Origin: a virus
Strand: one strand, 5' to 3'
DNA: 38,147 nt
Virus record (IMG/VR): IMGVR_UViG_2651869533_000065
Location: 1-38,147 of that record
Part shown: positions 1 through 9,026 of the stretch, piece after piece
How the letters are laid out: every line of letters starts with the position of its first letter
How positions within the stretch are numbered: the first letter of the stretch is position 1
The notes under the pieces: generated by a model
The model's database searches: none
The model's input: only the letters and a program-made list of their open reading frames with translations
What the model was told of the DNA's origin: nothing
Program-made: the position numbers and the translations under genes

Positions 1-101
1 CCCCACCTAAGCCACCCTGAAGACCTCCTAACCAATTTGCCATCGTCTCTCCTGTTTAAAATTTTACATATTCCAAGGTAACCTGCGAGTCGGTAAACGT
101 A
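1..101. repeat. Terminal direct repeat, left copy (circular-closure overlap)
   Basis: 1..101 read base-for-base identical to 38047..38147. It contains a copy of the ATG (41..43) of the gene starting at 38089. Confidence 0.95.
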
Positions 102-583
102 ATACCTGAATTGTTGTTAATAATAATCTGCGTTGAAGTCGTATTGACTCCAATATTATTATTAGCCGCACCACCAAAGGTTATCGGGTAACCAACTCCT
201 GTACCCGTATTAGTGGCTGCGCCTGACATAAACATCCATTTCAACGTATTGGTTACGGTTATACCATGGTTTACCGCTGTTACACCAGCCCCTAAAGCAC
301 CAGTATTTATAGACTTTTGGAAGCCAGGTCGTAGCTCAAGAGAGTTGTTGTCATTGGGGTTGAAATAGAGTTTGCCATTAACAAATTCTTCATTGATATA
401 GTACCCACTACACTTAGCATTCAATACAATGGCTATGGTATTAACGTTCTGATAAAGCCGCACCAAAAGCTCTTTGAACTCGGGGCTTCCTACCTCTACG
501 TCATAAAGACGGGATATGTCCCACACATTGGTAGTTGGTACGAATGAACCAGTGTTAATCTGCTGATCAGGTATATATGCCAT
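56..583 (-). CDS. Virion (tail-associated) structural protein, 175 aa
   Basis: ORF with SD AAGGGGG 4 nt before ATG 583 and a 9-nt gap to the upstream nozzle-like gene. Gly/Thr/Asn-rich beta-type composition. It is the last gene before the internal-protein genes across the circular junction. Confidence 0.7.
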   Translation of the reverse strand: MAYIPDQQINTGSFVPTTNVWDISRLYDVEVGSPEFKELLVRLYQNVNTIAIVLNAKCSGYYINEEFVNGKLYFNPNDNNSLELRPGFQKSINTGALGAGVTAVNHGITVTNTLKWMFMSGAATNTGTGVGYPITFGGAANNNIGVNTTSTQIIINNNSGITFTDSQVTLEYVKF

Positions 584-592
584 CGTTCCCCC

Positions 593-2833
593 TTATTGGA
601 ATCTATAACTGGTTGGCTGTGCGTATATACACATCGCATGCAGAACGAAATCATCCTGCCTAATGTTGATATCCCTCATTTGGGCATCATTCAATATCAG
701 CTGTAGTTGTACAACTTCACCATCAGCTTGGAAGTAGACTGGATGCCATACACGAACAGCCGTTGCCTCAAAAGGTATCGGTGCTGCCGCTGTCGTATAA
801 GGGAAGGTGTCCAGAGTGCCTGTACCCAGCAGAACGCCATTGCCTGCACTATCTTCTAAAAGCGGGGTATCAGCAGTTGATACATAGAAATCTACTTGAA
901 TCTGACCTGTTGCAGTCTTATCAACCATGAAATCAACTTTGGAGATATAGGCGTTCCTGCCACTTTTGGCATAGAAGTTATACTCCTTAGTGCTGATAGA
1001 TATCTGACTTACTCTGGCTATTAATCCACCGCCATTGTAAGTACCGGTAAGGACAACCCCTGCATCTATTTCTATTGTGTTAGGATCAATCCTTCTAATC
1101 ACCTGGAATATCTGATTATTGAGTAGACTAGAAGCATCAGACCACACAGCGCCCTGTATATAGACATAGTCTTCTTCTCTGAGGTTATGCTGGATAACCG
1201 TCAGCGTTGTGACCAGATTCGGCATTGGAGTCGTTATATTAGAGATCTGTAAAACAGCAGCATTGGTAGTCTCTTCAGCGTCACAGATAAAGGTGTAGCC
1301 TTCCTGGTTGCCTGCGATTACCTGCCTGAAGAGAGACTGAACAGAACCACTATCCCAACCATCAGAATCATCCCATGAAACTGTCTCAGAGTCCCACGTA
1401 ACGCCTATAGTTGGTTGGAAGTATCCAAAAACTGTAATAGAGTCGTCATTAAATGCCCATGTTCCTGTTTTATAGTTGAGTACAAGCACTCGAGTAGGGT
1501 AAGGATAGTCGGCACTCGCGTCAGTGTCTGGAAGAGACCAATAGACCATCTCCACAAAGAAATCACGAACTCCATAAACCCTCTCTACGCCTCCATCAAC
1601 ATTATGAATCTCAAACACTTCATCAGGTATCTTGTCATCTATACGTTCCACATTGGAACCATTACAAGCATGGATACCTACGTTACCTACACCGATACAG
1701 ACTTTGTCGAAGGGGATAATACTGTTGGTCGACTCTGCACCAAGCTCGGTGTTAATTTGTTGCCATGTGAAGGGATACGCTTGGTTGGCTGTATAGACAA
1801 GCTCCCATGTCGATCTCTCAAAGAATACGATGAGACGATCCTTAACGAACTCTGCCGTTACAATAGATTCTGTCGTTGAAGCATCTATAGCGTTACCTTT
1901 GTTGGGCAGATCTTGGCGCCATGCAGTAGAAGCCAATGGATCGCCAACCTGAGAGAATCGCGCTCTGTTAACATAATTGGTACCAGGCAATGAATTAGCT
2001 GGTCCTTCCCATGTATTAAGAGCCACCAATCTATTCTTAAAAGTGACGAGTATGCGTGCACTATTTAGAAAGTTAGGCGTAGCATCAATTTGAGGGTTGA
2101 AGTTATTCCAGCTTCCACCAAAGAAATACCGCATAAAGTTCGGTTCAAGCTCATTGAAATTGGTAACGTAGAACACTCTGTCTGATGCATTCGTACCGGA
2201 CCAGGTAGTGCTCCAGAAAAACTGTGAGTTGTCTCCCGTCCATACCGCAGCTCCTGGGGTAGCTTCAGTGGCCAATCTTTCCCAACCACTTGTGTATTGA
2301 TAGGCATAACGAGTGTCAAAACCAATAATAAACTCATTATTGATACTGCTTTGTTCATAGGTTAACAATCCCATCACGGGTAGATTAGGGTAGAAATAGA
2401 CTATAGTACCATTGGGTAAACCGGTGCTTGTTATATTGAATGCTGATGTGGTCAGATTGTAGGTAGCTGTAGCCACCGATCCATCAGTACGCAGCATTTG
2501 TTGAGCGCCGCCAGCAGGATTAAATACCGTAAATACTATATTAGAAGCACTAAACGCCTGTCCTATAGCAGGAGTAAATCCAGCATCAAGAGCTATAGTT
2601 CTCACGCTGCCTGATAGAGAGCCACCAGCGATAACGCCAACGTTTATTCTAAATCGAGACAAGAGAGAACTGCTCCCAAGCCAGCGAGAGCCAAATCGTT
2701 TCCTTACACGCCCCCGAAAGACATAAGCATTATTGAGCTCAGAAAATGCTTCATCAGGGATCAACCAGGGTTTATGGTCTGTTTGAAGACCACTCTTCTC
2801 GTCGTATGGGGCAATAAAAAAACGATCTGCCAT
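593..2833 (-). CDS. Putative tail nozzle / tail tubular protein B-like, 746 aa
   Basis: The N-terminus SGLQTDHKPWLIPDEAFSELNNAYVFRGRVRKRFG parallels the T7 gp12-type N-terminal motif as I remember it. Size and position after a 195-aa gene mirror T7 gp11/gp12. Not searched. Confidence 0.55.
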   Translation of the reverse strand: MADRFFIAPYDEKSGLQTDHKPWLIPDEAFSELNNAYVFRGRVRKRFGSRWLGSSSLLSRFRINVGVIAGGSLSGSVRTIALDAGFTPAIGQAFSASNIVFTVFNPAGGAQQMLRTDGSVATATYNLTTSAFNITSTGLPNGTIVYFYPNLPVMGLLTYEQSSINNEFIIGFDTRYAYQYTSGWERLATEATPGAAVWTGDNSQFFWSTTWSGTNASDRVFYVTNFNELEPNFMRYFFGGSWNNFNPQIDATPNFLNSARILVTFKNRLVALNTWEGPANSLPGTNYVNRARFSQVGDPLASTAWRQDLPNKGNAIDASTTESIVTAEFVKDRLIVFFERSTWELVYTANQAYPFTWQQINTELGAESTNSIIPFDKVCIGVGNVGIHACNGSNVERIDDKIPDEVFEIHNVDGGVERVYGVRDFFVEMVYWSLPDTDASADYPYPTRVLVLNYKTGTWAFNDDSITVFGYFQPTIGVTWDSETVSWDDSDGWDSGSVQSLFRQVIAGNQEGYTFICDAEETTNAAVLQISNITTPMPNLVTTLTVIQHNLREEDYVYIQGAVWSDASSLLNNQIFQVIRRIDPNTIEIDAGVVLTGTYNGGGLIARVSQISISTKEYNFYAKSGRNAYISKVDFMVDKTATGQIQVDFYVSTADTPLLEDSAGNGVLLGTGTLDTFPYTTAAAPIPFEATAVRVWHPVYFQADGEVVQLQLILNDAQMRDINIRQDDFVLHAMCIYAQPTSYRFQ

Positions 2834-2834
2834 G

Positions 2835-3422
2835 TTACACCCCTATTGCAAGATATTGGAAGTTAACTGGTCCAAATGATCCAGTCGATGTCCTGCGAGA
2901 TGCATAAACAGAAAACTGAGTGTAAGGCGCTAAGAAATTGTTCAATCTCACAAACCCATCGCCATCAGAAGTTTTTACGTAGGCAGTCGTAACCTGCATA
3001 GAGAATATGTTAGTAAAGGCAGGGATATTGGAACCTGTTGGGAATGTCACTGTCGTCAGACCGGTTGCGCTCGTATGTCCCCACTTCAATAACAGTCCAG
3101 AAGGCAAATAACTCCACCCAGACGAAGCCAAAAGTCCTCCGGTGAACTCAACTACTGACCCGCTACTTTGTCTTCTCCAGGCCATTTCTGGCACGTTGGT
3201 AAGAGAAGAGGTTTGAGAGAACAGCGCTATCTCACCAGCAGCTGTTGCAGGAGCAGGTGACTGCACGGGCATAGTTACTTTGTTATGCTTGCCTTGACCA
3301 GTAAGGTTGTATCCAATGTGATCAACTGCAAAAGCGGTATCAATCACTGAAAAGTTCTGATTGATCGGTACGCGGGTTACCCCTAACGTTTGCCCAGTAA
3401 GGGGCACATTATTCAATGCCAT
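2835..3422 (-). CDS. Virion structural protein, 195 aa (tail adaptor or fibre-collar-like)
   Basis: ORF packed 1 nt from the nozzle-like gene. The C-terminal LLLKWGHTS...FQYLAIGV resembles C-terminal domains of short fibre/collar proteins. Function is tentative. Confidence 0.6.
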   Translation of the reverse strand: MALNNVPLTGQTLGVTRVPINQNFSVIDTAFAVDHIGYNLTGQGKHNKVTMPVQSPAPATAAGEIALFSQTSSLTNVPEMAWRRQSSGSVVEFTGGLLASSGWSYLPSGLLLKWGHTSATGLTTVTFPTGSNIPAFTNIFSMQVTTAYVKTSDGDGFVRLNNFLAPYTQFSVYASRRTSTGSFGPVNFQYLAIGV

Positions 3423-3431
3423 GTTATCTCC

Positions 3432-4472
3432 TTAATAAGGCCAGCCGCCAGGTCCAAACCATCCAAATCCATAATTCTTACCCTGCGTATAGATCGTCAC
3501 TGTTCTTTCATTAGCCTGGATACAGAGCGTGGTTCTCAGCACCAATCTTTCCTGCGTCTTAAACTCAGGCATAATCTGTTGAACTGAATCGAGGTCCATA
3601 CGATCTTCAAATATCTTTTTAGCAGCACCATACGCGATATATTGCCACCATTGCTCTAACTGCGGCACGTCCGTAGTGTTGATCAATTCTGTAGGCCTCA
3701 TATCAACTTCGATCTGAATAGAGTAGGTCTTGTCAGGAACTGGTCGTATGGTGAATTTATTATCGTAGTACAGCATTCCCAAGGGCTTGCCTGGCTGGTA
3801 GAGAATTCCTTCAAACCATATAGGTGCCGCAGTCTGCGTGATTTGTGGGAACGTTATTACATATTGTCCGGTAACATAGTTTATGTAATTATTTGGGTTC
3901 TGTGTTGTATCAAACGGCGCCACTAATGGAACGTCAGCCTGGGTTAAGTTGCCTATGAGGTTGTTTATAGGCACATCAACCATGATCATCGACGTTCCAT
4001 CAGTGTTCAAGCAGTTAAAATTAACACTGTTTTGTAAGATAAATGGTAGCCCAGTCGATGGAGCAGCAACTCTTCCGGTAAATGGACCAGATGTGTTGTC
4101 ACCCCTTAACAGCGTATCTGCAATCGTATTGGTTTGAGGCCAATAACCATAGAAGACATCACGCCATTGCGTATAGAAAGATTGTATTCCTGCCATAAAC
4201 ACAGGCGGATGGACTGCTACATATCTATTCTTAAAGTTATACAAAGGGTCCGTTACGACAGTGGTGTTGGTATCGTAGACATCTACACCTGGTTGCGTAT
4301 AGAACGTGAGCAATGTTCTCAGCGAGAACAAGCGCAAGTGCTCGGGGAAATCGTACAAAATAAACGTATTGATATAGTCATCTAGCTGCTCATTAGTCAA
4401 CTGAGACAGAGACGGACTTCTCGTTATTCTACGCACCTTTGTACGTATAGCTTGCAAGGTAGAATTCGCCAT
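3432..4472 (-). CDS. Virion structural protein, 346 aa (putative head-tail adaptor or tail protein)
   Basis: ORF with GGAG 8 nt before the ATG, sitting in the late-gene run between head and tail genes. No motif I can name. Confidence 0.6.
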   Translation of the reverse strand: MANSTLQAIRTKVRRITRSPSLSQLTNEQLDDYINTFILYDFPEHLRLFSLRTLLTFYTQPGVDVYDTNTTVVTDPLYNFKNRYVAVHPPVFMAGIQSFYTQWRDVFYGYWPQTNTIADTLLRGDNTSGPFTGRVAAPSTGLPFILQNSVNFNCLNTDGTSMIMVDVPINNLIGNLTQADVPLVAPFDTTQNPNNYINYVTGQYVITFPQITQTAAPIWFEGILYQPGKPLGMLYYDNKFTIRPVPDKTYSIQIEVDMRPTELINTTDVPQLEQWWQYIAYGAAKKIFEDRMDLDSVQQIMPEFKTQERLVLRTTLCIQANERTVTIYTQGKNYGFGWFGPGGWPY

Positions 4473-4523
4473 TACTCAACTCCACACCCTAAGGGTCCTT
4501 TATTTGAAAAAATTAACACAGTC

Positions 4524-4922
4524 TCATGGGTAGGGTAAAACGTTCTGTGTCGCCTCCGTTAGCAGTTCATTTATCTCTCCGAACGGTACAACTTGAGCAG
4601 GTGTTCCAAAGTGTCCTGGTTCAAAAGCAGGCACCACGAATGGATCAAAGTTTGTAGTATCGATAGGTAGAGTGAACTGAGTAGAATTAACAACCGTTAT
4701 CGGCCCATATGAACCATTAACCTGTACCATGCCAAATCCATCAGGCACATAAAGCCTGACAATTAACCCCGTCTGATATTGATGATCGCCAGGATTAATG
4801 CCATCAAATGTCGTCGTTATCAAAGCATTGTCAGACTGCGTTATGGTAAGGATATTACGCATCGCGCGCTGGAATGTTGGGAACTGAACGCCATAATAAT
4901 TAGGTGTATTTGGTATGGCCAT
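4524..4922 (-). CDS. Small virion protein, 132 aa, sharing a beta-barrel-like module with the 341-aa protein
   Basis: The track start at 4928 is a GTG abutting the SD. ATG 4922 lies 5 nt after AAGGG. The C-terminal GTPAQVVPFGE matches FTPAQVVPMGE in 5492..6517. Confidence 0.7.
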   Translation of the reverse strand: MAIPNTPNYYGVQFPTFQRAMRNILTITQSDNALITTTFDGINPGDHQYQTGLIVRLYVPDGFGMVQVNGSYGPITVVNSTQFTLPIDTTNFDPFVVPAFEPGHFGTPAQVVPFGEINELLTEATQNVLPYP

Positions 4923-4930
4923 GATCACCC

Positions 4931-5428
4931 TTATGGAGAAACGGTTACTTCAACAAGATTGCTTGGATACATATCAGCATCGTCATCCATATACTCTAGA
5001 GAGTGGAATGCGTAACGGTGAACCTTTCTCGCTTGTTGAAGCGAATTGGTTTGCAATCTTCCATCTGGGTTACTTGCGCCACGAATACCTGTTTGACCAA
5101 ACTCACCTTGCAGATGCTGGTACTCTTTGTAGTAACAGTTATTGTTTAAGTGGCGAGCTACGCCGCGAGGAATTCTATAACGCTCTCCATCACATAGTTC
5201 ATAGATAACGTTTTCATCGCCTGGATAGAACTTATAGCTAAAAAGAACCGCGCCTCTGCCACCATTAGATGCAGGGTTTTCTAGGTTCTTAAAGACACCA
5301 GTCACGAGCTCAGCGTCACGATCGCGCATCTTTTGGATCTGCCGAGAAAGTTCTTCCTTGGTGACCTTATTAGTACGACCGACTCTGGCTTGGGCTGCAG
5401 TAGCTGGTTGGATTTCTGGCTTCTTCAT
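4931..5428 (-). CDS. Hypothetical late (virion-module) protein, 165 aa
   Basis: ORF with SD AAGGAA before ATG 5428 and a basic N-terminus. It follows the hairpin at 5458..5483. Confidence 0.7.
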   Translation of the reverse strand: MKKPEIQPATAAQARVGRTNKVTKEELSRQIQKMRDRDAELVTGVFKNLENPASNGGRGAVLFSYKFYPGDENVIYELCDGERYRIPRGVARHLNNNCYYKEYQHLQGEFGQTGIRGASNPDGRLQTNSLQQARKVHRYAFHSLEYMDDDADMYPSNLVEVTVSP

Positions 5429-5457
5429 AATTTTCCTTTCATTGCTTACTACTCATA

Positions 5458-5483
5458 GGAAGGGCACCCGAAGATACCCTTCC
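5458..5483 (-). terminator. Hairpin after the 341-aa abundant-protein gene
   Basis: GGAAGGG-12 nt-CCCTTCC, a perfect 7-bp stem starting 8 nt past the stop at 5492. There is no clean U tract, so it may be a partial terminator or an mRNA stabiliser. Confidence 0.45.
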
Positions 5484-5491
5484 CACTTTAA

Positions 5492-6517
5492 TTACCGATT
5501 ATCAACCATGAATGACTTACCAGCGACCCAGTAAATTACATCGTTAGCAACACCGGCAGGAGAGCTTGCTCCAGCTACGAGTTGAATACCGATATAAGCT
5601 GTGTTGACAGTAGAATCACCAAGGATGTTAGCACCCAACAAGAGCGCTTCAGCTGTGTTTTCACCCATAGGAACAACTTGTGCTGGAGTGAATCCAGGAG
5701 CAGTTGTCAGAGGGAATGCAAACGCAGAGAAACCTGAAACATCTTGATCAATAGTAATGGTGTTGGTTACGCCATCTGCATCAGCAGCGCCGATTGCAAC
5801 GATGGTAGCTTGTACGCCATCTAGAGCAGTCATACCGTATGCCAAAGCAGTAACGGTAGGAATGATCAATCTGACAACTTGGCCTACTGTATACGAGTGC
5901 GTTACAGACAAGGTCACAATTGCTTGTGCGCTGTTTGAAGGATCAACTTCAATCTTGGTTATGTAACGTGAACTTGGATAGAAATAGGGGTTGTAAGGGA
6001 TACGACGGAAGGTACCTGCGCCTGGGTTAGCGCTTGCTATTTGAGCCATGTACGCCAGCGTAAAACTTACACCTGCGCTAAGAGCCCCAATAGTAAAGTC
6101 TAATCCGCCCAATTGTTGCGCACCAACTGTGTTGAATATACGAACAATATCACCATTGCTAAGTGATGCAGTGTTAGCAGTATTCACTACAGGCGGGTTA
6201 CCAGCTGTTATACCAGTAAGAGCCAACGAAGGACCAGGTAAGTTAACTGAAGAATCTACTAAGTAGAAACCTGAGTTAGCGGCAATTTGAGCTTTAGCTA
6301 AAGCGTTAGTTGCAGCGGTTTTTGTATAAATGTCGCCACGGCCTTGCGTGTATCCACGCTGCCAGTAGAATTCTGCGCCTGTGCCAGCGCCAGCAGCATA
6401 TGATACTGTTTGGTTCTTAACCCACATCCAGTCCAAATCAGACCTTAGTTGGATTACTACATTGGCACCGGTAGAAGTGAAACGACCTTGATTAGTTCCT
6501 GAAAAAACAACAGACAT
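5492..6517 (-). CDS. Second abundant virion protein, 341 aa (putative capsid decoration or major surface protein)
   Basis: Starts 9 nt after the capsid gene with SD AGGAGAA. Ala/Gly/Thr/Val-rich. Contains two copies of a small module (NGDIVRIFNTVGAQQLGGLDFTI; VGQVVRLIIPTV...LDGVQATIVAI). Followed by a hairpin. Confidence 0.6.
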   Translation of the reverse strand: MSVVFSGTNQGRFTSTGANVVIQLRSDLDWMWVKNQTVSYAAGAGTGAEFYWQRGYTQGRGDIYTKTAATNALAKAQIAANSGFYLVDSSVNLPGPSLALTGITAGNPPVVNTANTASLSNGDIVRIFNTVGAQQLGGLDFTIGALSAGVSFTLAYMAQIASANPGAGTFRRIPYNPYFYPSSRYITKIEVDPSNSAQAIVTLSVTHSYTVGQVVRLIIPTVTALAYGMTALDGVQATIVAIGAADADGVTNTITIDQDVSGFSAFAFPLTTAPGFTPAQVVPMGENTAEALLLGANILGDSTVNTAYIGIQLVAGASSPAGVANDVIYWVAGKSFMVDNR

Positions 6518-6526
6518 CGTGTTCTC

Positions 6527-7471
6527 CTATCGTAGCGTACAACGCATGTTGGTGATCCATAAATCATTCAATATGCGAGGAACTTCGGCGAAAACATAGC
6601 CAATTGTTACATTCTGAAATAAAGGGTCAGAAAATACAGGAGGTCTATAAAGAAATCTTGCCGAATAATTATCCTGTTCGACGCAAGCTAGAGCTTCCAT
6701 ACCCTGAACAAAAACGTTATACACGTCATTGCCTAAAGCAGATGCGTTTGGAGACACGCTCGCAACTGAACTAAGCATGAATCTTACATTATTTACGTTC
6801 CCCCATTCTGAGCGAAGAACCCGATTGTCATTCGGATAGTTCCACTTAGAGATGAAGCCGTTAATGTTGTTCAAGTCCTTAGACAGCTTGGTGTGACCCA
6901 ATGCTAGATATGCATCGCGTACAGGGCCTGTTCCAAACTTGTCTTCTCCGCCGATAGTGTCGAGGATCATCCATGCATCGTTGGTTAACAATGTAGAGGT
7001 GACTTCATCAATATCAGAAAGAGAAAGATCTGTTGGAAGGTCGCCGTTGTTTCCGCCAGTACAATTGTAGATAGAAGCTGTCGAAGCTAACATGTCTCTG
7101 GTCAATTGGTCTTCGGTCATACGGAGCGATAAGCCGAGTAGTTCAGCTGTTTCATTCAATACAGGGTCTTGGTTTTGCAAAGTTACCTGTTGGTTGATTG
7201 CAACATAGAGTCCGTAAAAACTCATGGTCGCATCGATATCAACACGGTTTAATGGCGTTGCTGGAGGGGTTGCGCCGCTGGGCCCAAGTGGGACTGGAGC
7301 AGTTGGCAATCTATCGTAGCGCGCCATACGTAACGTTCTTCCACCCTTAGCAGGCAAACGTTTTGCAAGAGCGCCTAGCTTCATGATCAGGTTAGGGGTT
7401 CTAACCGACAGAAGGACGTCATCAAAAGTTTGCTGTACAGGCGCAGGAAGCGTTGTAGGTGTAGTTATCAT
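6527..7471 (-). CDS. Major capsid protein, N4-gp56-like (HK97 fold), 314 aa
   Basis: SD AGGAG lies 7 nt before ATG 7471, so the track start at 7492 would include the SD. The pattern GGRTLRMARYDRL...PL..V.I.ATMSFYGLYVAI...DPVLNETAELLG...EDQLTRDML fits the N4-gp56 capsid family as I recall it. Sits downstream of the scaffold gene. Confidence 0.75.
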   Translation of the reverse strand: MITTPTTLPAPVQQTFDDVLLSVRTPNLIMKLGALAKRLPAKGGRTLRMARYDRLPTAPVPLGPSGATPPATPLNRVDIDATMSFYGLYVAINQQVTLQNQDPVLNETAELLGLSLRMTEDQLTRDMLASTASIYNCTGGNNGDLPTDLSLSDIDEVTSTLLTNDAWMILDTIGGEDKFGTGPVRDAYLALGHTKLSKDLNNINGFISKWNYPNDNRVLRSEWGNVNNVRFMLSSVASVSPNASALGNDVYNVFVQGMEALACVEQDNYSARFLYRPPVFSDPLFQNVTIGYVFAEVPRILNDLWITNMRCTLR

Positions 7472-7535
7472 ACACACACTCCTAAAGTACAAACGTATAT
7501 AGATTAAACAGATTGTATTTTGCCCTTATGCCAAC

Positions 7536-7555
7536 TTTGCAATGGCCGTTGCAAA
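7536..7555 (-). promoter_or_regulatory. Perfect hairpin or palindrome in the capsid leader
   Basis: TTTGCAA-TGGCCG-TTGCAAA: 7-bp stem, 6-nt loop, about 65 nt upstream of the capsid ATG. Confidence 0.5.
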
Positions 7556-7580
7556 ATTACCTTAGGGGCGATGTATGAAA

Positions 7581-7670
7581 GTGGCGAGCTTCCGTAACGC
7601 CGAATTTGTGAGTGGCGAATTCACGTAACGCCGAATTTTGTGAGTAGCGAAGTCACGTAACGCTGAGCAC
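7581..7670 (-). repeat. Three head-to-tail imperfect 31-32-bp repeats in the scaffold-capsid spacer
   Basis: Copies are 7581..7611, 7612..7643 and 7644..7670: GTGGCGA-N5-CGTAACGCCGAATTT(T)GTGA, with the third copy diverging at its end. Each unit can fold GGCG-11 nt-CGCC. Confidence 0.9.
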
Positions 7671-7700
7671 AGTATAGAAAAACTTTTGAGCAAAACGCAA
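7671..7700 (-). promoter_or_regulatory. Putative sigma70-type promoter for the capsid transcript
   Basis: The minus strand reads TTGCGT-18 nt-TATACT, immediately after the terminator U tract. The predicted start falls inside repeat 3. Confidence 0.4.
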
Positions 7701-7705
7701 GACGC

Positions 7706-7743
7706 AAAAAAAGGGCTAAGCGGAACAACTAACCGCTTAACCC
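7706..7743 (-). terminator. Rho-independent terminator after the scaffold gene
   Basis: The minus strand reads GGGTTAAGCGG-TTAGTTGTT-CCGCTTAGCCC followed by TTTTTTT. It is preceded by a second hairpin, TTTGGG-6 nt-CCCAAA, at 7753..7770. Confidence 0.8.
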
Positions 7744-7776
7744 CCCTGAAGATTTGGGAATCGACCCAAATGCAAA

Positions 7777-8517
7777 TTAAGATTTGTACATCTTAGCCTG
7801 TTCTACCTGACGACGCAATTGATCCTTGCGATCCTCACTTAAGATACGACGATCATAGTCACCAACACGAGTCAAAGGAGTCTCGCTCGATTGAGGAGAA
7901 ACGTTGGCAGAAGAACGAGGTTTGCCCTTATTGTCTTGAACGCGCTTATCTAATTCTTGATACTGGTTCTCAAGAACACCACTTGTCTTGATCAGTTCAT
8001 ACCCAATATCGCCACGATCAAAGATATCATTGCTAGCATAGATAGCTTTATAGAGGGCAGGTTTTTGAGTAGCGAGTCTTTCGAGGTTCTCTTTAGTTAC
8101 TACGCTATCAAAATCGCTGTACTTGGACCTAAGTCTCATCTCTGCTTGGGTAAGAGCATTCTGTTGATGATACTCTTCAAACTGCTTCTTAGTGTTCTTT
8201 ATCTCTTGCTTGAGAGTTTTGACATACTTTTTGAGGTCTTTGCCTTCAACATACGCATCATCGCCAAGATTGAAGTCGAAATCATCAGGATCAGCGATCT
8301 GCATTTTGGTGGTTTGCTGTTGCGACATGTTCATTTGGACCATGCGCTCTAGTTCCTGAGCTCTGCGTTCAGCATTTTCAGCACGTTCTCTTAAAACGCG
8401 ATGGCTTGCCTCTTTTTGAGCCTCTTTTTGTGCATCTATCTCTTGCTGAGATGGTTGCGCTGGTGATTGCTCAGATGGAAAGGTGTGCTCAGCTGCTGGA
8501 TTCAATTCATCAAACAT
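7777..8517 (-). CDS. Putative scaffolding protein, 246 aa
   Basis: Acidic, Gln/Glu/Lys-rich, coiled-coil-type sequence directly upstream of the capsid gene. SD GAGGAG precedes ATG 8517. Confidence 0.65.
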   Translation of the reverse strand: MFDELNPAAEHTFPSEQSPAQPSQQEIDAQKEAQKEASHRVLRERAENAERRAQELERMVQMNMSQQQTTKMQIADPDDFDFNLGDDAYVEGKDLKKYVKTLKQEIKNTKKQFEEYHQQNALTQAEMRLRSKYSDFDSVVTKENLERLATQKPALYKAIYASNDIFDRGDIGYELIKTSGVLENQYQELDKRVQDNKGKPRSSANVSPQSSETPLTRVGDYDRRILSEDRKDQLRRQVEQAKMYKS

Positions 8518-9026
8518 GCATTCTCCTCATTACTTATCTTTATTAACGCGTCTATCTTCTCGCCGTTCTCTTTTTTGACCCATTCTAGCAAAGATCCGTT
8601 CTCCATTAAGATGACGAACTTGGCTATATCGGCAGTTTCTTTGTCCGTTAGATACTTAACCTGATTGTTGATGATATGGTAGTAGAGAATAGAGTCTGGA
8701 ATAGACCACATAAACTCTAACTGATCAGAGAAAGACTTGTATTTCCACACTGACTGCTTGTAAACAGGTGTTGGACATGATTTACGGGCTAAGGTGATCA
8801 CTTTAGGCTGTCTCAGAACGCGATCGACGGTAGTGATCAGAACAACATAGAAGTCTTTTCCTCGGTAACCATCTTGGTTCTTGGCCTTTGCAGCAGTATC
8901 GACAAGTTTCTGAGCTATATCAGGTTCCATCGAGCGACGATACTCAATAATATCGTCCTCAAAATCAAGGCCTAAGGCATCGTGCTCACGAATTACCTGG
9001 CCCGCTAATTTTTTATTTGGGTCCAT
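8502..9026 (-). CDS. Hypothetical late protein, 174 aa
   Basis: ORF with SD AAAGGAG before ATG 9026. Overlaps the scaffold start by 16 nt. It is the first gene after the cargo island. Confidence 0.75.
   Translation of the reverse strand: MDPNKKLAGQVIREHDALGLDFEDDIIEYRRSMEPDIAQKLVDTAAKAKNQDGYRGKDFYVVLITTVDRVLRQPKVITLARKSCPTPVYKQSVWKYKSFSDQLEFMWSIPDSILYYHIINNQVKYLTDKETADIAKFVILMENGSLLEWVKKENGEKIDALIKISNEENACLMN

Noticed and set aside
1-101. Physical direct terminal repeat of the virion DNA
   Set aside because: The repeat spans a stop codon, an SD and a start codon of structural genes rather than non-coding DNA. An assembly closure overlap is more plausible, but read-terminus analysis is needed to decide.
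1415-2358. ORFs 1415..1879 (+) and 2065..2358 (-) within the nozzle-like gene
   Set aside because: They are nested in a 746-aa gene with a coherent protein sequence. They have no ribosome-binding sites and a Cys/Arg-rich, random-looking composition. Similar nested ORFs were rejected on the same grounds: 3390..3587, 3949..4385, 4779..5208, 5757..6266, 7957..8664, 9179..9511, 10466..10849, 14263..15029, 16520..17284, 17584..18337, 20053..20238, 20756..21013, 22302..22787, 22914..23216, 23510..24335, 24557..25096, 25678..25860, 26964..27317, 28823..30090, 31292..31483, 36186..37212 and 37435..37728.
7581-7670. Possible mini-CRISPR array
   Set aside because: The three repeats abut each other with no spacers, the units are imperfect, and no cas gene or leader is present.
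7753-7770. tRNA T-arm-like hairpin (TTTGGG-6 nt-CCCAAA), and a general tRNA search of all spacers
   Set aside because: The loop does not match the T-loop consensus, and no acceptor, D or anticodon arms can be drawn around it. No other spacer is long enough or shows tRNA features.
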